This document shows positions 41,769 to 55,853 of a DNA stretch of 64,000 bases, piece by piece. This DNA comes from Escherichia coli (GTDB lineage: Bacteria; Pseudomonadota; Gammaproteobacteria; Enterobacterales; Enterobacteriaceae): assembly GCF_002854065.1 (NCBI RefSeq), contig NZ_CP024147.1; one strand, 5' to 3'. How positions within the stretch are numbered: the first letter of the stretch is position 1; each line of letters begins with the position of its first letter. The position numbers were made by a program, and so were the translations under genes. The notes beneath the pieces are model-generated. The model ran no database searches and was not told where the DNA came from. It was given only the letters and a program-made list of their open reading frames with translations.

Positions 41769-42448
41769 GCTTGCGCTCCTTGCGTTGGGTTGCGACGTTC
41801 TTCGAAGTTAAGCCAGACGCGCAAAATGTTGGCTCCGACAAATTTAAACACCAGGATGACTGCTAAAGGTACGATTACGGACGTGCCCAGAAAGGCAAAC
41901 ACCGCGACGCCGGAAGAGAAGTAGTTGGTGATAATGGCGCTACCGCTGGTTTGATATGCGGCGAAAATCACTTTATCGCGTTCGGTAATTTCACCTTCCT
42001 GCGCCAGCTCTTTGGTCATACCTGCGGCGGCATCGGTGTTTTGCAGGTTAGCGATCAGCGCCAGCGAGCAGATCCCTGGAATGCCCAACAACGGTTTTAG
42101 CACTGGCGTCATTAACTGCTGCGCGGCGCGTGATCCGCCAAGACCATCGGTAATTGAAATAATCCCCAGAGAGAGAATGACTGACGGTGCCAGCTCCAGC
42201 GCAAAGAGAAAGCCATCTTTAGCCCCCGCGCCACCCGCGCCGCGAAACGAGGTGGTGGCTCCGTTCGCACCAGGCAGTTGCCCAAACGATCCGTTCAGAA
42301 CGGAAAAATCAAAAACGCGCCACCAACTGTCTGTCCCGGAAAAAACACCGGAAAAAAAGATTATGGTGAGAAAAAAAGCCAGATACCCTTTAATGCCCAC
42401 TTTTTCTGTCGCCAGCTCCCCGGCTACAGCATCCCCTTGTTGTGTCAT
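41765..42448 (-). CDS. yjiH: YjiH inner-membrane protein (SpmA-like)
   Basis: 227 aa from internal Met; longest ORF extends to 42577. Confidence 0.8.
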   Translation of the reverse strand: MTQQGDAVAGELATEKVGIKGYLAFFLTIIFFSGVFSGTDSWWRVFDFSVLNGSFGQLPGANGATTSFRGAGGAGAKDGFLFALELAPSVILSLGIISITDGLGGSRAAQQLMTPVLKPLLGIPGICSLALIANLQNTDAAAGMTKELAQEGEITERDKVIFAAYQTSGSAIITNYFSSGVAVFAFLGTSVIVPLAVILVFKFVGANILRVWLNFEERRNPTQGAQA

Positions 42449-42696
42449 AACAATCCCCATTGTTTTTTGTGTTTGTGTGTTGCTTGAGCCAGGAAAATTC
42501 CTGGAGCTGAAAAACCTTATCAGCCATGTGGGTATGGGGAAAATGCAAGTATGTTTCTGACTATGCGTTTTTTGCATAGCGGTAAAATTACGCTGTGTGG
42601 AAAAGGTTCTACGCAGGATTGAGTTGCAGAAAATTCATAAACCCAGTGACAATGACATAGTAAATAAAAAACAGATAATCCAGGGACGAAAACGCG

Positions 42697-43251
42697 ATGG
42701 CAAAGTACAACGAAAAAGAGCTGGCGGATACGAGCAAGTTTTTAAGTTTTGTCCTCCGACACAAACCGGAGGCGATTGGTATCGTACTGGACCGTGAAGG
42801 ATGGGCGGATATCGATAAGCTCATACTTTGTGCCCAAAAAGCGGGCAAGCGGTTAACCCGTGCATTGCTGGATACCGTGGTTGCCACCAGCGATAAAAAG
42901 CGTTTTAGTTATTCCAGTGATGGTAGGTGCATCCGCGCGGTTCAGGGGCATTCGACTTCGCAGGTCGCTATTTCCTTTGCCGAAAAAACACCGCCACAGT
43001 TTCTCTACCACGGTACGGCAAGCCGTTTCCTTGACGAGATAAAAAAACAGGGGCTGATTGCAGGTGAGCGTCACTACGTACATCTCTCTGCTGATGAAGC
43101 AACGGCACGCAAAGTGGGAGCAAGACACGGATCGCCGGTTATTTTAACCGTCAAAGCACAGGAAATGGCGAAACGAGGCCTCCCTTTCTGGCAAGCGGAA
43201 AACGGGGTCTGGCTGACATCAACGGTTGCGGTCGAATTTCTTGAGTGGTAA
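42697..43251 (+). CDS. kptA: KptA RNA 2'-phosphotransferase (Tpt1 family)
   Basis: 184 aa, matches KptA. Confidence 0.9.
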   Translation: MAKYNEKELADTSKFLSFVLRHKPEAIGIVLDREGWADIDKLILCAQKAGKRLTRALLDTVVATSDKKRFSYSSDGRCIRAVQGHSTSQVAISFAEKTPPQFLYHGTASRFLDEIKKQGLIAGERHYVHLSADEATARKVGARHGSPVILTVKAQEMAKRGLPFWQAENGVWLTSTVAVEFLEW

Positions 43252-43263
43252 GGGAAACACTCC

Positions 43264-44442
43264 TCATGAAGTGACCACTTGCAGCTTAAATAATTGTACT
43301 GTGCTGATAAGCGCAGCAATAAACAACGCCGCCGCGCCGCAGAGAGTGGCGCCGGCAAGCGCCGATGTTCCATTGCCGAGCATACTGGTCAGCGCCGGGC
43401 CGAGGATTTGTCCAATGCCGTAAATGAGCGTCACAAAGCCTAAAAGATTGAGATTTCCCGGTACGCTCAGTTGGCGGGCGATAGTCATCACCAGAGATGT
43501 CGTGCCCATAAAGGTACCGCCAAAACCAAGACTGCTGATGATAAGCAAGAGAGGCGAGTCGCTGGCGAGAGTAAGCAGCACACAGATAGCCTGCACCAGC
43601 AAATTCGCCGTCAGGCAGGGCAAAGCCCACCAACGTTTTGCTGCCCATAGCCAGCCAAAGCAACCAGGCACAATTGATAAGCCGACTAACGTCCAGAGAT
43701 GGGCGGTTAACAATGGTGAGCCTGCATCTTTCGCCATGAGCGGCAGGTAAGTCGCGACGATGATATAACCAAATCCCGCCAGGCCGTACAGAATAGCCAG
43801 TAACCACCAGCTCATTATCTGTTGCTCCGTTTTTGCCAATGGCATTGGTGTGATGGCGTGTTTTTTCGAGGGCATTAAAAGCGTAAGTGCAATCAGCATC
43901 ATGCCAGAAAGCGCCCCGGCGCCTTGCCATAACGTTTGCGAGGAGAGGTCAAAATGCAGGCCTGCCAGAACATATTCATTGCCCAGTGCGATGCCAATGC
44001 CAACGCCAGAAAACAAAGCTGCCAGCACAAAAGGATGGCGCGTGTGCTGCATAATCAGCGTCGAACCAAAAATCAGCATACCGGCGCTGGCGACACCTGC
44101 CAGGACGCGAATCAATAACACCAGAATAAATGGCAGCAACCATGCCATTGCGAGGATCAACAACCCGCTCGCCAGGGCAGAAGCCAACAGAAATGGGCGC
44201 AGGCGCGATGGCTGGTGAAATGCGCCAAACGAAAATAGCAGACTGCCAGCCAGATACCCCGCATAGTTGCCGCTGGCAATCCACGAGAGCTGGCTAAATG
44301 AAAACGATCCTTCCGCCATCATGACGGGCAACATAGGCGTATAAAGGAAGCGGCCTAAACCCATACCTAAGGTCAGAACCAGCATCCCGAAAAGCGCGGT
44401 GCTGAAAGAAAAGCGTTCTACGGGATGCGAGGGCGAAGGCAT
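43264..44442 (-). CDS. yjiJ: YjiJ MFS-type transporter
   Basis: 392 aa polytopic membrane protein. Confidence 0.85.
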   Translation of the reverse strand: MPSPSHPVERFSFSTALFGMLVLTLGMGLGRFLYTPMLPVMMAEGSFSFSQLSWIASGNYAGYLAGSLLFSFGAFHQPSRLRPFLLASALASGLLILAMAWLLPFILVLLIRVLAGVASAGMLIFGSTLIMQHTRHPFVLAALFSGVGIGIALGNEYVLAGLHFDLSSQTLWQGAGALSGMMLIALTLLMPSKKHAITPMPLAKTEQQIMSWWLLAILYGLAGFGYIIVATYLPLMAKDAGSPLLTAHLWTLVGLSIVPGCFGWLWAAKRWWALPCLTANLLVQAICVLLTLASDSPLLLIISSLGFGGTFMGTTSLVMTIARQLSVPGNLNLLGFVTLIYGIGQILGPALTSMLGNGTSALAGATLCGAAALFIAALISTVQLFKLQVVTS

Positions 44443-44509
44443 GTTTAACCTTGTTTGTCATTTTTGTTGTTAACAAGTTAATAACAAAAAGGTGAAACAT
44501 GCCAGCCTG

Positions 44510-47617
<3,108 letters not shown>

Positions 47618-47732
47618 GATTTTCCTTCCCCGTACCACGGGAGATAATGAAAAGAGGCCACATTATTACCATTCTTTTAGTGTGGTTTATTTGATCTCTC
47701 TCGCGGTTAGCCACTTAGTTTTTCATGGATTT

Positions 47733-49013
47733 CTATAAATTGCCGAGGGGGAACAAGGCCGGGAGCTGCGACAGCAAATACAAAATAAGTCCAATACAAC
47801 CGCCAACCAGCGTACCGTTGACACGGATAAACTGGAGATCTTTGCCGATATTTAACTCGATTTGCCGCGACATGTCCCGTGCGTCCCAGCTTTTTACCGT
47901 GTCGCTGATATGGCGAGTCAGGAATGCGGAAAACTCAGGCGCAATGCGGTGTGCGGCTTGTTCCAGATGACCATTTAACGACGCCCGCAAGGCATCATCG
48001 GCAATTAACGTTTCGCCAAACCATTGACCAGCCCGCGCGATACGTTCTTTCACACGAGAATCTTCACTGTTGATATCCGCTTTCAGCCATTCCCGTAAAT
48101 CCCCCCACAATTCACTGAGATAGCGGTTAAAAGCTTCATCTTCTTTCAGATAGCTTTTTACGGCATCGGCTCGCGCCGCCATTTCCGGATCGTTTTTCAG
48201 TTTCTCGATCAGGGCGAAGGTAGCGCGATCAAACGCATGGCGGATCTGATGCGCACGATCGCGGCTGATATCATCAAGCAAAGAATTCACCGCGTCAGAA
48301 ACCAACTCCGCGCTATGTTCGCCCAGCCATTCAGTGGGCAAAATTTTGGCTTTCAGTGGATGCTCGCTCTCCAGCCAGCGAACAATTTGCTGGGCAATAA
48401 ACTTGCGCGATTTATCGCGCTGGAGAAGGGCGATCAACTGTGCGATCAGCGTATCCAGCAGCACCTGATGACGATCGTTTTTAGTCATACTCTCCAGCAT
48501 CAACGCACTGGTGCCAGAAAGATCGACTTTATCAATCGCCCGGTGGACCGCGCGCTTAAGCAGGCGCTGAATACGCGCATCATCGGTTAGTTCAAGAAAA
48601 CCGCTCATGATCTGCAACAGATGCTGACCAACGCGGCGGGCGTTTTCTGGCTGACTAAACCAGTTGCCAATCAACAACGCCGGTTCGTGACGTCGAATCA
48701 ATGCCACCAGCGATTGGGTATCGAGAAATTTTTCCTGCACGAACTGGCCGAGATTTTCGCCAATCCGGTCTTTATTACGCGGAATAATCGCCGTATGACG
48801 AGAAATGATCGGAATCGGCACGCGGCGAAACAGCGCCACCACCGCAAACCAGTCCGCCAGCGCGCCGACCATCGCCGCTTCAGCAATCGCCTTCACGCCG
48901 CTCACCCAAAAATTGGGCGGCAAAAACAGCGTAACGACAAAGGTAGCAGCGGCGATAAGCAGTAAAGAGAGCGCCAACATTTTGGCGCGTCTGAGTTCAA
49001 TGAGTTTATTCAT
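47733..49013 (-). CDS. yjiN: YjiN (DUF445 membrane-associated protein)
   Basis: 426 aa from [22 protein letters not shown]. Confidence 0.85.
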   Translation of the reverse strand: MNKLIELRRAKMLALSLLLIAAATFVVTLFLPPNFWVSGVKAIAEAAMVGALADWFAVVALFRRVPIPIISRHTAIIPRNKDRIGENLGQFVQEKFLDTQSLVALIRRHEPALLIGNWFSQPENARRVGQHLLQIMSGFLELTDDARIQRLLKRAVHRAIDKVDLSGTSALMLESMTKNDRHQVLLDTLIAQLIALLQRDKSRKFIAQQIVRWLESEHPLKAKILPTEWLGEHSAELVSDAVNSLLDDISRDRAHQIRHAFDRATFALIEKLKNDPEMAARADAVKSYLKEDEAFNRYLSELWGDLREWLKADINSEDSRVKERIARAGQWFGETLIADDALRASLNGHLEQAAHRIAPEFSAFLTRHISDTVKSWDARDMSRQIELNIGKDLQFIRVNGTLVGGCIGLILYLLSQLPALFPLGNL

Positions 49014-49053
49014 AATGTTAAGAATAGAGCCTGACGGCAGGATCGCGCAAAAA

Positions 49054-50286
49054 TCACCGCTCCTCCGCCAGCTCGGCAGCCTGATGTTGGCGCACGCGAT
49101 TAAGCAATCCGGCCAGGGTGAAAACGACGATAACGCCTGCCACAACGGCTAACAGATGAAACGGCAAGCGACCGCTGTTAAACCACAGCCAGCGGCCGAT
49201 TTCGACCGAGACAGACATCACCATCAGGATCACCATATTCAGCGATGCGGAGACGGTCCCTTTCGGTAAGTTATTGGAAAACAGCGTAAAGCGGAATAAG
49301 GTCGGGAAAATCAAACCAATCCCGAAAGCATACAGACTGGTGCCCAGCACCGACCACAGCCAGACGTGCGGTGACAGCAGATTGCCGATAATCAACAGCG
49401 CGAGGCCAACCAGTTGAAGGGGTACGGCACGCCAGATAAAGCGCGGTTCGGTCGGATCTTTAACGAAACGCGCCACGATGGCATTCGCGACAATCACCGC
49501 GCCGAACACCGGAACCTGTGTCCAGGCGAACTGCGAAGTTGTTAAGCCGCCCGCGTCGATCAGGATCACCGGCGAGACAGCCACCCAACTCATCATGGGG
49601 ATATAGCTTAAAGAGATGGTTGCTGCGCCAAAGAGGAACAGCCGATTGCAAAAGACATTACGAAAATCGCGCAAGACGCTTTTGGCGCTAAATGGAACCG
49701 CGCCGCGCTTCACCGTCTCTGGCATCGCCAGCAGTAAGCCAACAAATGAGATAAAACCCATAACCGCAATGATGGCAAAAAGGACTTTCCAGTGCACAAA
49801 GTGCATCAGAGCTGCGCCGGAAAGCGGGCCAATAATCGGCGCAATCAGTACGATGGAGGTGATAATCGCCATCAACTTGATCCCTTTTGTCTGTCCGAAC
49901 GCCTCCTGCACCGTGACATAACCAACGGTGGCAATAAAACAGATACTGGTGCCCTGAATTGCACGCGCGATAAGAAACTGTGTCATAGACGTTGTGAACA
50001 TTGTCGCAGCGCAGGCAAGGGTAAATATTAGCGCCCCGGTAATCAGCACCGGCCTGCGGCCAACCCTGTCGGAAAGCGGCCCCAGCAGCCACTGCAATGC
50101 CATGCCTCCAGCGAGATAGAGACTGACGGCAGCCGGGGCCAGACTGACATCGGCATTAAAATCACGGACCACATTAATGATCCCTGGCTGGATCAGGTCC
50201 GTCGACAGATACGCAGCAAAGTCATACAAAATCAACGCCATCGGGAAAAACAGCGTGGCGGCATGGCGGGCAAAAAAACGTGGCAT
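49054..50286 (-). CDS. mdtM: MdtM (YjiO) multidrug MFS efflux transporter
   Basis: 410 aa from [14 protein letters not shown]. Confidence 0.9.
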   Translation of the reverse strand: MPRFFARHAATLFFPMALILYDFAAYLSTDLIQPGIINVVRDFNADVSLAPAAVSLYLAGGMALQWLLGPLSDRVGRRPVLITGALIFTLACAATMFTTSMTQFLIARAIQGTSICFIATVGYVTVQEAFGQTKGIKLMAIITSIVLIAPIIGPLSGAALMHFVHWKVLFAIIAVMGFISFVGLLLAMPETVKRGAVPFSAKSVLRDFRNVFCNRLFLFGAATISLSYIPMMSWVAVSPVILIDAGGLTTSQFAWTQVPVFGAVIVANAIVARFVKDPTEPRFIWRAVPLQLVGLALLIIGNLLSPHVWLWSVLGTSLYAFGIGLIFPTLFRFTLFSNNLPKGTVSASLNMVILMVMSVSVEIGRWLWFNSGRLPFHLLAVVAGVIVVFTLAGLLNRVRQHQAAELAEER

Positions 50287-50600
50287 AACAAACAACTCCT
50301 TGTCCGGAGAACCCCAATGGGGAAAACGAAATTCAATACCGTCGGTAATGACGAAAGGCAGGCGAGAAGGACAAATGTACTGAATTTCATGTAATCAACC
50401 ACACTGCCTGCGAATACACAGACAGAGAAATACCTTCTGACTCCAGGTCAGAATGTATAACGATTACAAATAGTCATCAGCACATTACACCTCTTTAATT
50501 GATGGCTTGCATAGAAAATATACACCTTAAGTGTAATTAAAATTTGGTAATGCTGCCAACTTACTGATTTAGTGTATGATGGTGATTTTAAGGTGCTTGC

Positions 50601-50876
50601 GTGGCTTCCATTTCCATCAGATGTCCTTCCTGCTCCACTACTGAAGGCGTGGTGCGTAACGGCAAAAGCACTGCCGGACATCAGCGCTATCTCTGCTCTC
50701 ATTGCCGTAAAACATGGCAACTACAGTTCACTTACACCGCCTCTCAGCCCGGTACGCACCAGAAAATCATTGATATGGCCATGAATGGCGTCGGATGTCG
50801 CGCCAGTGCACGCATTATGGGCGTTGGCCTCAACACGGTTTTACGTCACTTAAAAAACTCAGGCCGCAGTCGGTAA
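50601..50876 (+). CDS. insA: IS1 InsA (variant copy)
   Basis: 91 aa. Confidence 0.85.
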   Translation: MASISIRCPSCSTTEGVVRNGKSTAGHQRYLCSHCRKTWQLQFTYTASQPGTHQKIIDMAMNGVGCRASARIMGVGLNTVLRHLKNSGRSR

Positions 50877-51298
50877 CCTCGCGCATACAACCGGGCAGTG
50901 ATGTGATTGTCTGCGCTGAAATGGACGAACAGTGGGGCTACGTCGGTGCTAAATCACGTCAGCGCTGGCTGTTTTACGCGTATGACAGGATACGGAGGAC
51001 GGTTGTGGCGCACGTCTTCGGTGAACGCACTCTGGCCACACTGGAGCGTCTTCTGAGCCTGCTGTCGGCCTTTGAGGTCGTAGTATAGATGACGGATGGC
51101 TGGCCGCTGTATGAATCACGCCTGAAGGGAAAGCTGCACGTTATCAGCAAGCGTTACACTCAGCGCATTGAGCGACATAACCTGAATCTGAGACAACATC
51201 TGGCAAGGCTGGGACGGAAGTCACTGTCGTTCTCAAAATCGGTGGAGCTGCATGACAAGGTCATCGGGCATTATCTGAACATAAAACACTATCAGTAA
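50795..51298 (+). pseudogene. insB: IS1 insB with in-frame TAG (TGG to TAG) splitting the ORF
   Basis: ORF breaks at 51086..51088 (VVV-stop, then MTDGWPLY) where the fimH copy reads [12 protein letters not shown]. Confidence 0.8.
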
Positions 51299-51496
51299 GT
51301 TGGAGTCATTACCCGACAGCGAGGTGTTTAGTGTGCCATGTCAGGCGAGAAATTCTATTGGATGAATCAAGTCCAACTTACTCATTGTCAATTTCATGGT
51401 TGATTATTCGAAACGTGATGCTATTTCCAACATCAACGCTATAATTGCAGAATAATTGTAGATACATTTTTGTATATACAATTAGGGATGGCAATT

Positions 51497-51784
51497 ATGC
51501 CAATGGAGTTTGAATGGGATGAAAACAAGGCCAAAAGTAATCGGGTGAAACATGGCATCCGCTTTGAAGATGCGGTGTTATTGTTTGATGATCCACAACA
51601 TTTGTCACAGCAAGAACGCATAGAAAACGGTGAGTATCGCTGGCAGACAATCGGCCTGGTTTACGGCATCGTGGTTATTCTGGTTGCGCATACCATCCGT
51701 TTCGAAAGCGGAAATGAAATTATTCGAATCATCAGTGCACGAAAAGCAGATCGTAAAGAGAGGAATCGCTATGAGCATGGTTAA
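51497..51784 (+). CDS. BrnT-like (DUF497) toxin
   Basis: MPMEFEWDENKAKSNRVKHGIRFEDAVLLFDD matches the BrnT/DUF497 N-terminal pattern; overlaps downstream gene. Confidence 0.7.
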   Translation: MPMEFEWDENKAKSNRVKHGIRFEDAVLLFDDPQHLSQQERIENGEYRWQTIGLVYGIVVILVAHTIRFESGNEIIRIISARKADRKERNRYEHG

Positions 51785-52073
51785 ACATAAACGAGGGACC
51801 TCCTCTACACTCGATGTGCAGCATGAGGCCGAACTGAAGGCGCTGACGAATAAATCCGACGAAGATATTGATTACAGTGATATCCCACCTTCCAGCGATG
51901 AGCAATGGTCTAACGCCGAACGCGGTAAGTTTTATCGGCCATTGAAAACTCAGGCTTCGGTGCGTATTGATGCTGATGTGATGGAATGGTTGAAGCGACC
52001 AGGTAAAGGCTATCAAACTCGCCTGAACGCAATTTTACGTGAAGCGATGCTGCGCGATCAGAACAAAAAATAA
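51771..52073 (+). CDS. BrnA-like antitoxin (ribbon-helix-helix C-terminus)
   Basis: About 100 aa from Met at 51771; C-terminal KTQASVRIDADVMEWLKRPGKGYQTRLNAILREAM resembles BrnA; overlaps the toxin gene by about 14 bp. Confidence 0.65.
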   Translation: MSMVKHKRGTSSTLDVQHEAELKALTNKSDEDIDYSDIPPSSDEQWSNAERGKFYRPLKTQASVRIDADVMEWLKRPGKGYQTRLNAILREAMLRDQNKK

Positions 52074-52106
52074 TTCAGGCCGCCACATGGCGGCCATCAT
52101 CCAAAA

Positions 52107-53063
52107 TTACTTCCTCAACCCCGCAAACGCTGCCCGAATCTCTTCCTCCGGCAACTGAATCCCGATAAACACCATTGTGCTATGCGGTTTTTCATCGCCC
52201 CACGGGCGGTCCCAGTCGGCGCTGTAGAGGCGCTGGACGCCCTGGAACAGCAGGCGGTTAGGTTCGCCGTCAATCCACAGCATCCCTTTGTAACGCAGCA
52301 GTTTATCTGCCGATTCCAGAAGCAGGTTTTCCATCACCCGGGAAACTTCGCTGATATCTACCGGGTAATCCAGTTCCACCACAATCGACGAAATATCGTT
52401 TTGTTTATCCGCGATAAAGTGGAAACGCGGTTTGGTGCTGACGACGTTCTCTTCCAGCATAAAACCGTTGGTGTTGAACAGCAGGCCCAGGTCGATGTCG
52501 CCGTGGGTGACGGTGTAGACCGGTGCACGGGCGTTGATGCGCGCCAGGCGTTCACGCAGTTTTTCTGCTTCGCCTGCGACGTCGGTTTTGGTCAGCAGAA
52601 TACGGTCGGCGTAGCCAACCTGGGACTGGGCGATGGTGAACTGGTTCATCTGCTCGTCGGCATGTACCGCATCCACCAGCGCAATCACACCGTCCAGCAG
52701 GTAACGCTGGCATAAAATCTCATGGGAGAAAAAGGTCTGAATAATCGGGCCGGGATCGGCCATGCCGGTGCATTCAATGACCAGACGGTCAAACTGAATA
52801 TTGCCCTTGTCGAGATTATCCAGCAGGTCGAGTAGTGCGTCTTCCAGCTCGTTGGAGCGCGAACAGCAGATGCAGCCGTTGGTCAGCGTTTTGATCTGCG
52901 TGGCGCGGTCGCCAATTAGTTGATCATCAACGGAGACTTCGCCGAATTCGTTTTCAATCACGGCAATCTTGTAGCCGTGTTGTTCGTTAAGAATATGGCG
53001 CAGCAGGGTGGTTTTTCCCGCGCCTAAAAAACCGGTGAGTAGGGTAACTGCAATCGGGTTCAT
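52107..53063 (-). CDS. yjiA: YjiA, CobW/P47K-family GTPase (zinc chaperone-like)
   Basis: 318 aa from MNPIAVTLLTGFLGAGKTTLL; CxCC motif GCICCS. Confidence 0.9.
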   Translation of the reverse strand: MNPIAVTLLTGFLGAGKTTLLRHILNEQHGYKIAVIENEFGEVSVDDQLIGDRATQIKTLTNGCICCSRSNELEDALLDLLDNLDKGNIQFDRLVIECTGMADPGPIIQTFFSHEILCQRYLLDGVIALVDAVHADEQMNQFTIAQSQVGYADRILLTKTDVAGEAEKLRERLARINARAPVYTVTHGDIDLGLLFNTNGFMLEENVVSTKPRFHFIADKQNDISSIVVELDYPVDISEVSRVMENLLLESADKLLRYKGMLWIDGEPNRLLFQGVQRLYSADWDRPWGDEKPHSTMVFIGIQLPEEEIRAAFAGLRK

Positions 53064-53073
53064 GCTCTCTCCA

Positions 53074-53277
53074 TTAACAACAGCGCATACCGCCTTTACC
53101 ATCGCCGCCGTAGCGCGCGTTCTGGCGTTCGCGGAAGAATTCTTCATAGCTCATGTACGGCTTGTCGGGATGGTTGGTCTTCATATGCTCGACGTAGTTG
53201 TCGTAGTCTGGAATGCCAATCAACATCTTTGCCGCCTGGCCGAGATATTTTTTTGCCTGTCCTAAGTTACCAAACAT
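53074..53277 (-). CDS. yjiX: YjiX (DUF466) small protein
   Basis: 67 aa, matches YjiX; cotranscribed with btsT. Confidence 0.85.
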
Positions 53278-53326
53278 AGTTCACTCTGATAAGAACAAAG
53301 CCCCGCCGAAGCGGGGCTAAACACGG

Positions 53327-55477
53327 TTAGTGGTGCGAAGAGATCTTCACGCCGCCTTCCGGGATTGGAACGTACGGTGTTTCTTTGTCAGTACGTTTGT
53401 CGCTGTTACGCACCGCAAGCCAGGTTTTGAAACCGTAGAAGATGATGCTGTACACCACAATCAGGAACAGAATACTCAGGCCCGCGTTGGTGTAGTTGTT
53501 CACAACGATGTGGTTCATGTTGGCAATCTGCTGCGCCGTCAGGTCAGTACCGTTAGCAATCTTCTCTTTGTACTGGCTTGCCATGTAGAAGAAGCCTTCC
53601 ATCTGCGGGTTGGTGCTGAACAGTTTCAGACCCAGCGCCCAGGTGGTGCAGATAAGCAGCCATACAGCCGGAACAACAGTTACCCAGATGTATTGGGTGC
53701 GCTTCATCTTAATCAGCACAACGGTGCCCAGTACCAGCGCTACGGCTGCCAGCATCTGGTTGGAGATACCGAACAGCGGCCACAGGCTCTTAACGCCGCC
53801 CAGCGGATCGACCACGCCCTGATACAGCAGGTAGCCCCACAGACCCACACAGCCCGCAGTACCGATGATACCGGCAACCAGAGAGTCGGTTTTTTTCAGG
53901 AATGGGATGAAGTTACCCAGCAGGTCTTGCAGCATAAAGCGGCCAGAACGGGTACCCGCATCCAGCGCGGTCAGGATGAACAGGGCTTCGAACAGAATAC
54001 CGAAGTGATACCAGAAGCCCATGTCAGCCATCGGCAGCACTTTGTGGAACACATGAGCGATACCTACCGCCAGCGTCGGCGCACCACCTGCACGGTTCAG
54101 GACAGAAGGCTCACCAATGTCTTTCGCGGTTTGCAGGATCTGCTCTGGCGAAATCACGAAGCCCCAGGAGCTGACGGTCGCCGCCGCGTGTGCGGTAACG
54201 TCTTTCAGCTGCGCCATGATGATCGGCGCGTTCTCGCCACCCATTTCATGCAGGTTAGGCATGGTGATGCCAAGGCCCGCAGGCGGGGTATTCATCGCGA
54301 AGTAAAGACCCGGTTCGATGATGGACGCAGCAACCAGCGCCATAATCGCCACGAAGGACTCCATCAGCATTGCGCCGTAGCCAATGAAACGCGCGTCGGT
54401 TTCGTTAGCCAGCAGTTTCGGCGTCGTACCGGAAGAGATCAGCGCGTGGAAGCCAGATACCGCACCACAGGCGATGGTGATGAACAGGAACGGGAACAGA
54501 GCGCCTTTCCACAGCGGGCCAGTACCGTCAATGTACTGGGTCATCGCAGGCATTTTCAGTTCCGGGTTCAGCACCACGATACCCAGCGCCAGGCCGACGA
54601 TAACGCCGATTTTCAGGAAGGTTGCCAGATAGTCGCGCGGTGCGAGGATCAGCCACACCGGCAGCAGTGCGGAAACAAACGCATAGCCAATCAGCGCGAA
54701 GGTAATGGTGGTGTCTTTAAAGGTCAGTGCCGGACCCCAGTACGGATCGTGAGCAATCACGCCACCGAAGTAGATAGAGGCAACCAGCAGCACGATACCA
54801 ATGACAGAGACTTCACCCACACGCCCCGGACGGATAAAGCGCATGTAGATACCCATAAACAGCGCAATCGGTACGGTTGAGCAAACGGTGAAGACACCCC
54901 ACGGACTTTCGGCCAGGGCTTTAACCACAATCAGCGCCAGGACGGCGAGGATGATGATCATGATTAAGAAACAGCCAAACAGCGCGATAGTCCCCGGTAC
55001 TGGTCCCATCTCTTCTTTGATCATCTCACCAAGAGATGCGCCATTACGGCGAGAGGAGATAAACAGCACCATAAAGTCCTGAACCGCACCGGCCAGCACG
55101 ACCCCCGCCAGCAGCCACAGCGTGCCAGGCAGGTAGCCCATCTGCGCGGCGAGAACCGGACCCACCAGCGGACCAGCACCGGCGATAGCGGCGAAGTGGT
55201 GACCAAACAACACGTAACGGTTGGTCGGAACGTAGTTCAGACCGTCGTTGTTAATAACCGCAGGCGTCGCGCGCGTGGGGTCGAGTTTCATCACCTTCTG
55301 GGCGATGTACAGACTGTAGTAGCGATACGCCACCAGATACACCGACACAGAGGCGACCACGATCCACAGGGCGCTGACGTGCTCCCCCCGACGTAATGCA
55401 ACTACCGCGAGGCAGAATGCACCGATGATTCCGAGAATCACCCAGGGTATGTGCTTGAATATCTTTTTAGTATCCAT
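53327..55477 (-). CDS. btsT: BtsT (YjiY) pyruvate/H+ symporter, CstA family
   Basis: 716 aa from MDTKKIFKHIPWVILG. Confidence 0.9.
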   Translation of the reverse strand: MDTKKIFKHIPWVILGIIGAFCLAVVALRRGEHVSALWIVVASVSVYLVAYRYYSLYIAQKVMKLDPTRATPAVINNDGLNYVPTNRYVLFGHHFAAIAGAGPLVGPVLAAQMGYLPGTLWLLAGVVLAGAVQDFMVLFISSRRNGASLGEMIKEEMGPVPGTIALFGCFLIMIIILAVLALIVVKALAESPWGVFTVCSTVPIALFMGIYMRFIRPGRVGEVSVIGIVLLVASIYFGGVIAHDPYWGPALTFKDTTITFALIGYAFVSALLPVWLILAPRDYLATFLKIGVIVGLALGIVVLNPELKMPAMTQYIDGTGPLWKGALFPFLFITIACGAVSGFHALISSGTTPKLLANETDARFIGYGAMLMESFVAIMALVAASIIEPGLYFAMNTPPAGLGITMPNLHEMGGENAPIIMAQLKDVTAHAAATVSSWGFVISPEQILQTAKDIGEPSVLNRAGGAPTLAVGIAHVFHKVLPMADMGFWYHFGILFEALFILTALDAGTRSGRFMLQDLLGNFIPFLKKTDSLVAGIIGTAGCVGLWGYLLYQGVVDPLGGVKSLWPLFGISNQMLAAVALVLGTVVLIKMKRTQYIWVTVVPAVWLLICTTWALGLKLFSTNPQMEGFFYMASQYKEKIANGTDLTAQQIANMNHIVVNNYTNAGLSILFLIVVYSIIFYGFKTWLAVRNSDKRTDKETPYVPIPEGGVKISSHH

Positions 55478-55853
55478 AGTAAAACCTGGCATGTATTGAT
55501 TAATAGTTGGCCGAAGCCGTTCTAGGTTTGCGTTGCGTTTGAGGAGGTAAATTGACCGCTATCCTGTAGTGATGTTGCCAGAGTTACGCGCGCGTAAAGT
55601 AAGGTAAATAACTGAGTGGTTATTTTAGGGATGTAAGCGGTCAGTTTTGCGGTTGAGCGGCAAAGGCGTCGTTTAAGTGACGATAAATATGTGATTCATA
55701 TCACATATTTATATTGTGAGTAATTTATGTAAATAATGGCTTTTTAAATTCAGAGTGTGAATAAAATTACTCGGCGTAATCTCCGCGGGATATTCATAAA
55801 GTTTTTCCTTTCCTGGCCGAAAATCTTGCATCGGTCCACAGGAAAGAGAAACC

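Larger units (their letters stand above)
50546..51313 (+). mobile_element. IS1-family element, divergent copy, no target-site duplication, insB interrupted
   Basis: Ends GGTAATGCTGCCAACTTACTGAT and ATCAGTAAGTTGGAGTCATTACC; flanks (AATTAAAATTT / CGACAGCGAG) are not duplicated; sequence differs at many positions from the copy in fimH. Confidence 0.9.

Noticed and set aside
50546-51313. Second IS1 as an active, recently transposed element
   Set aside because: It lacks a flanking target-site duplication and its insB carries an in-frame stop, so it is more likely an old, defective copy associated with a deletion.
53330-54880. 516-aa ORF on the plus strand
   Set aside because: Antisense to btsT; Arg/His-rich low-complexity translation typical of a reverse-frame artefact.
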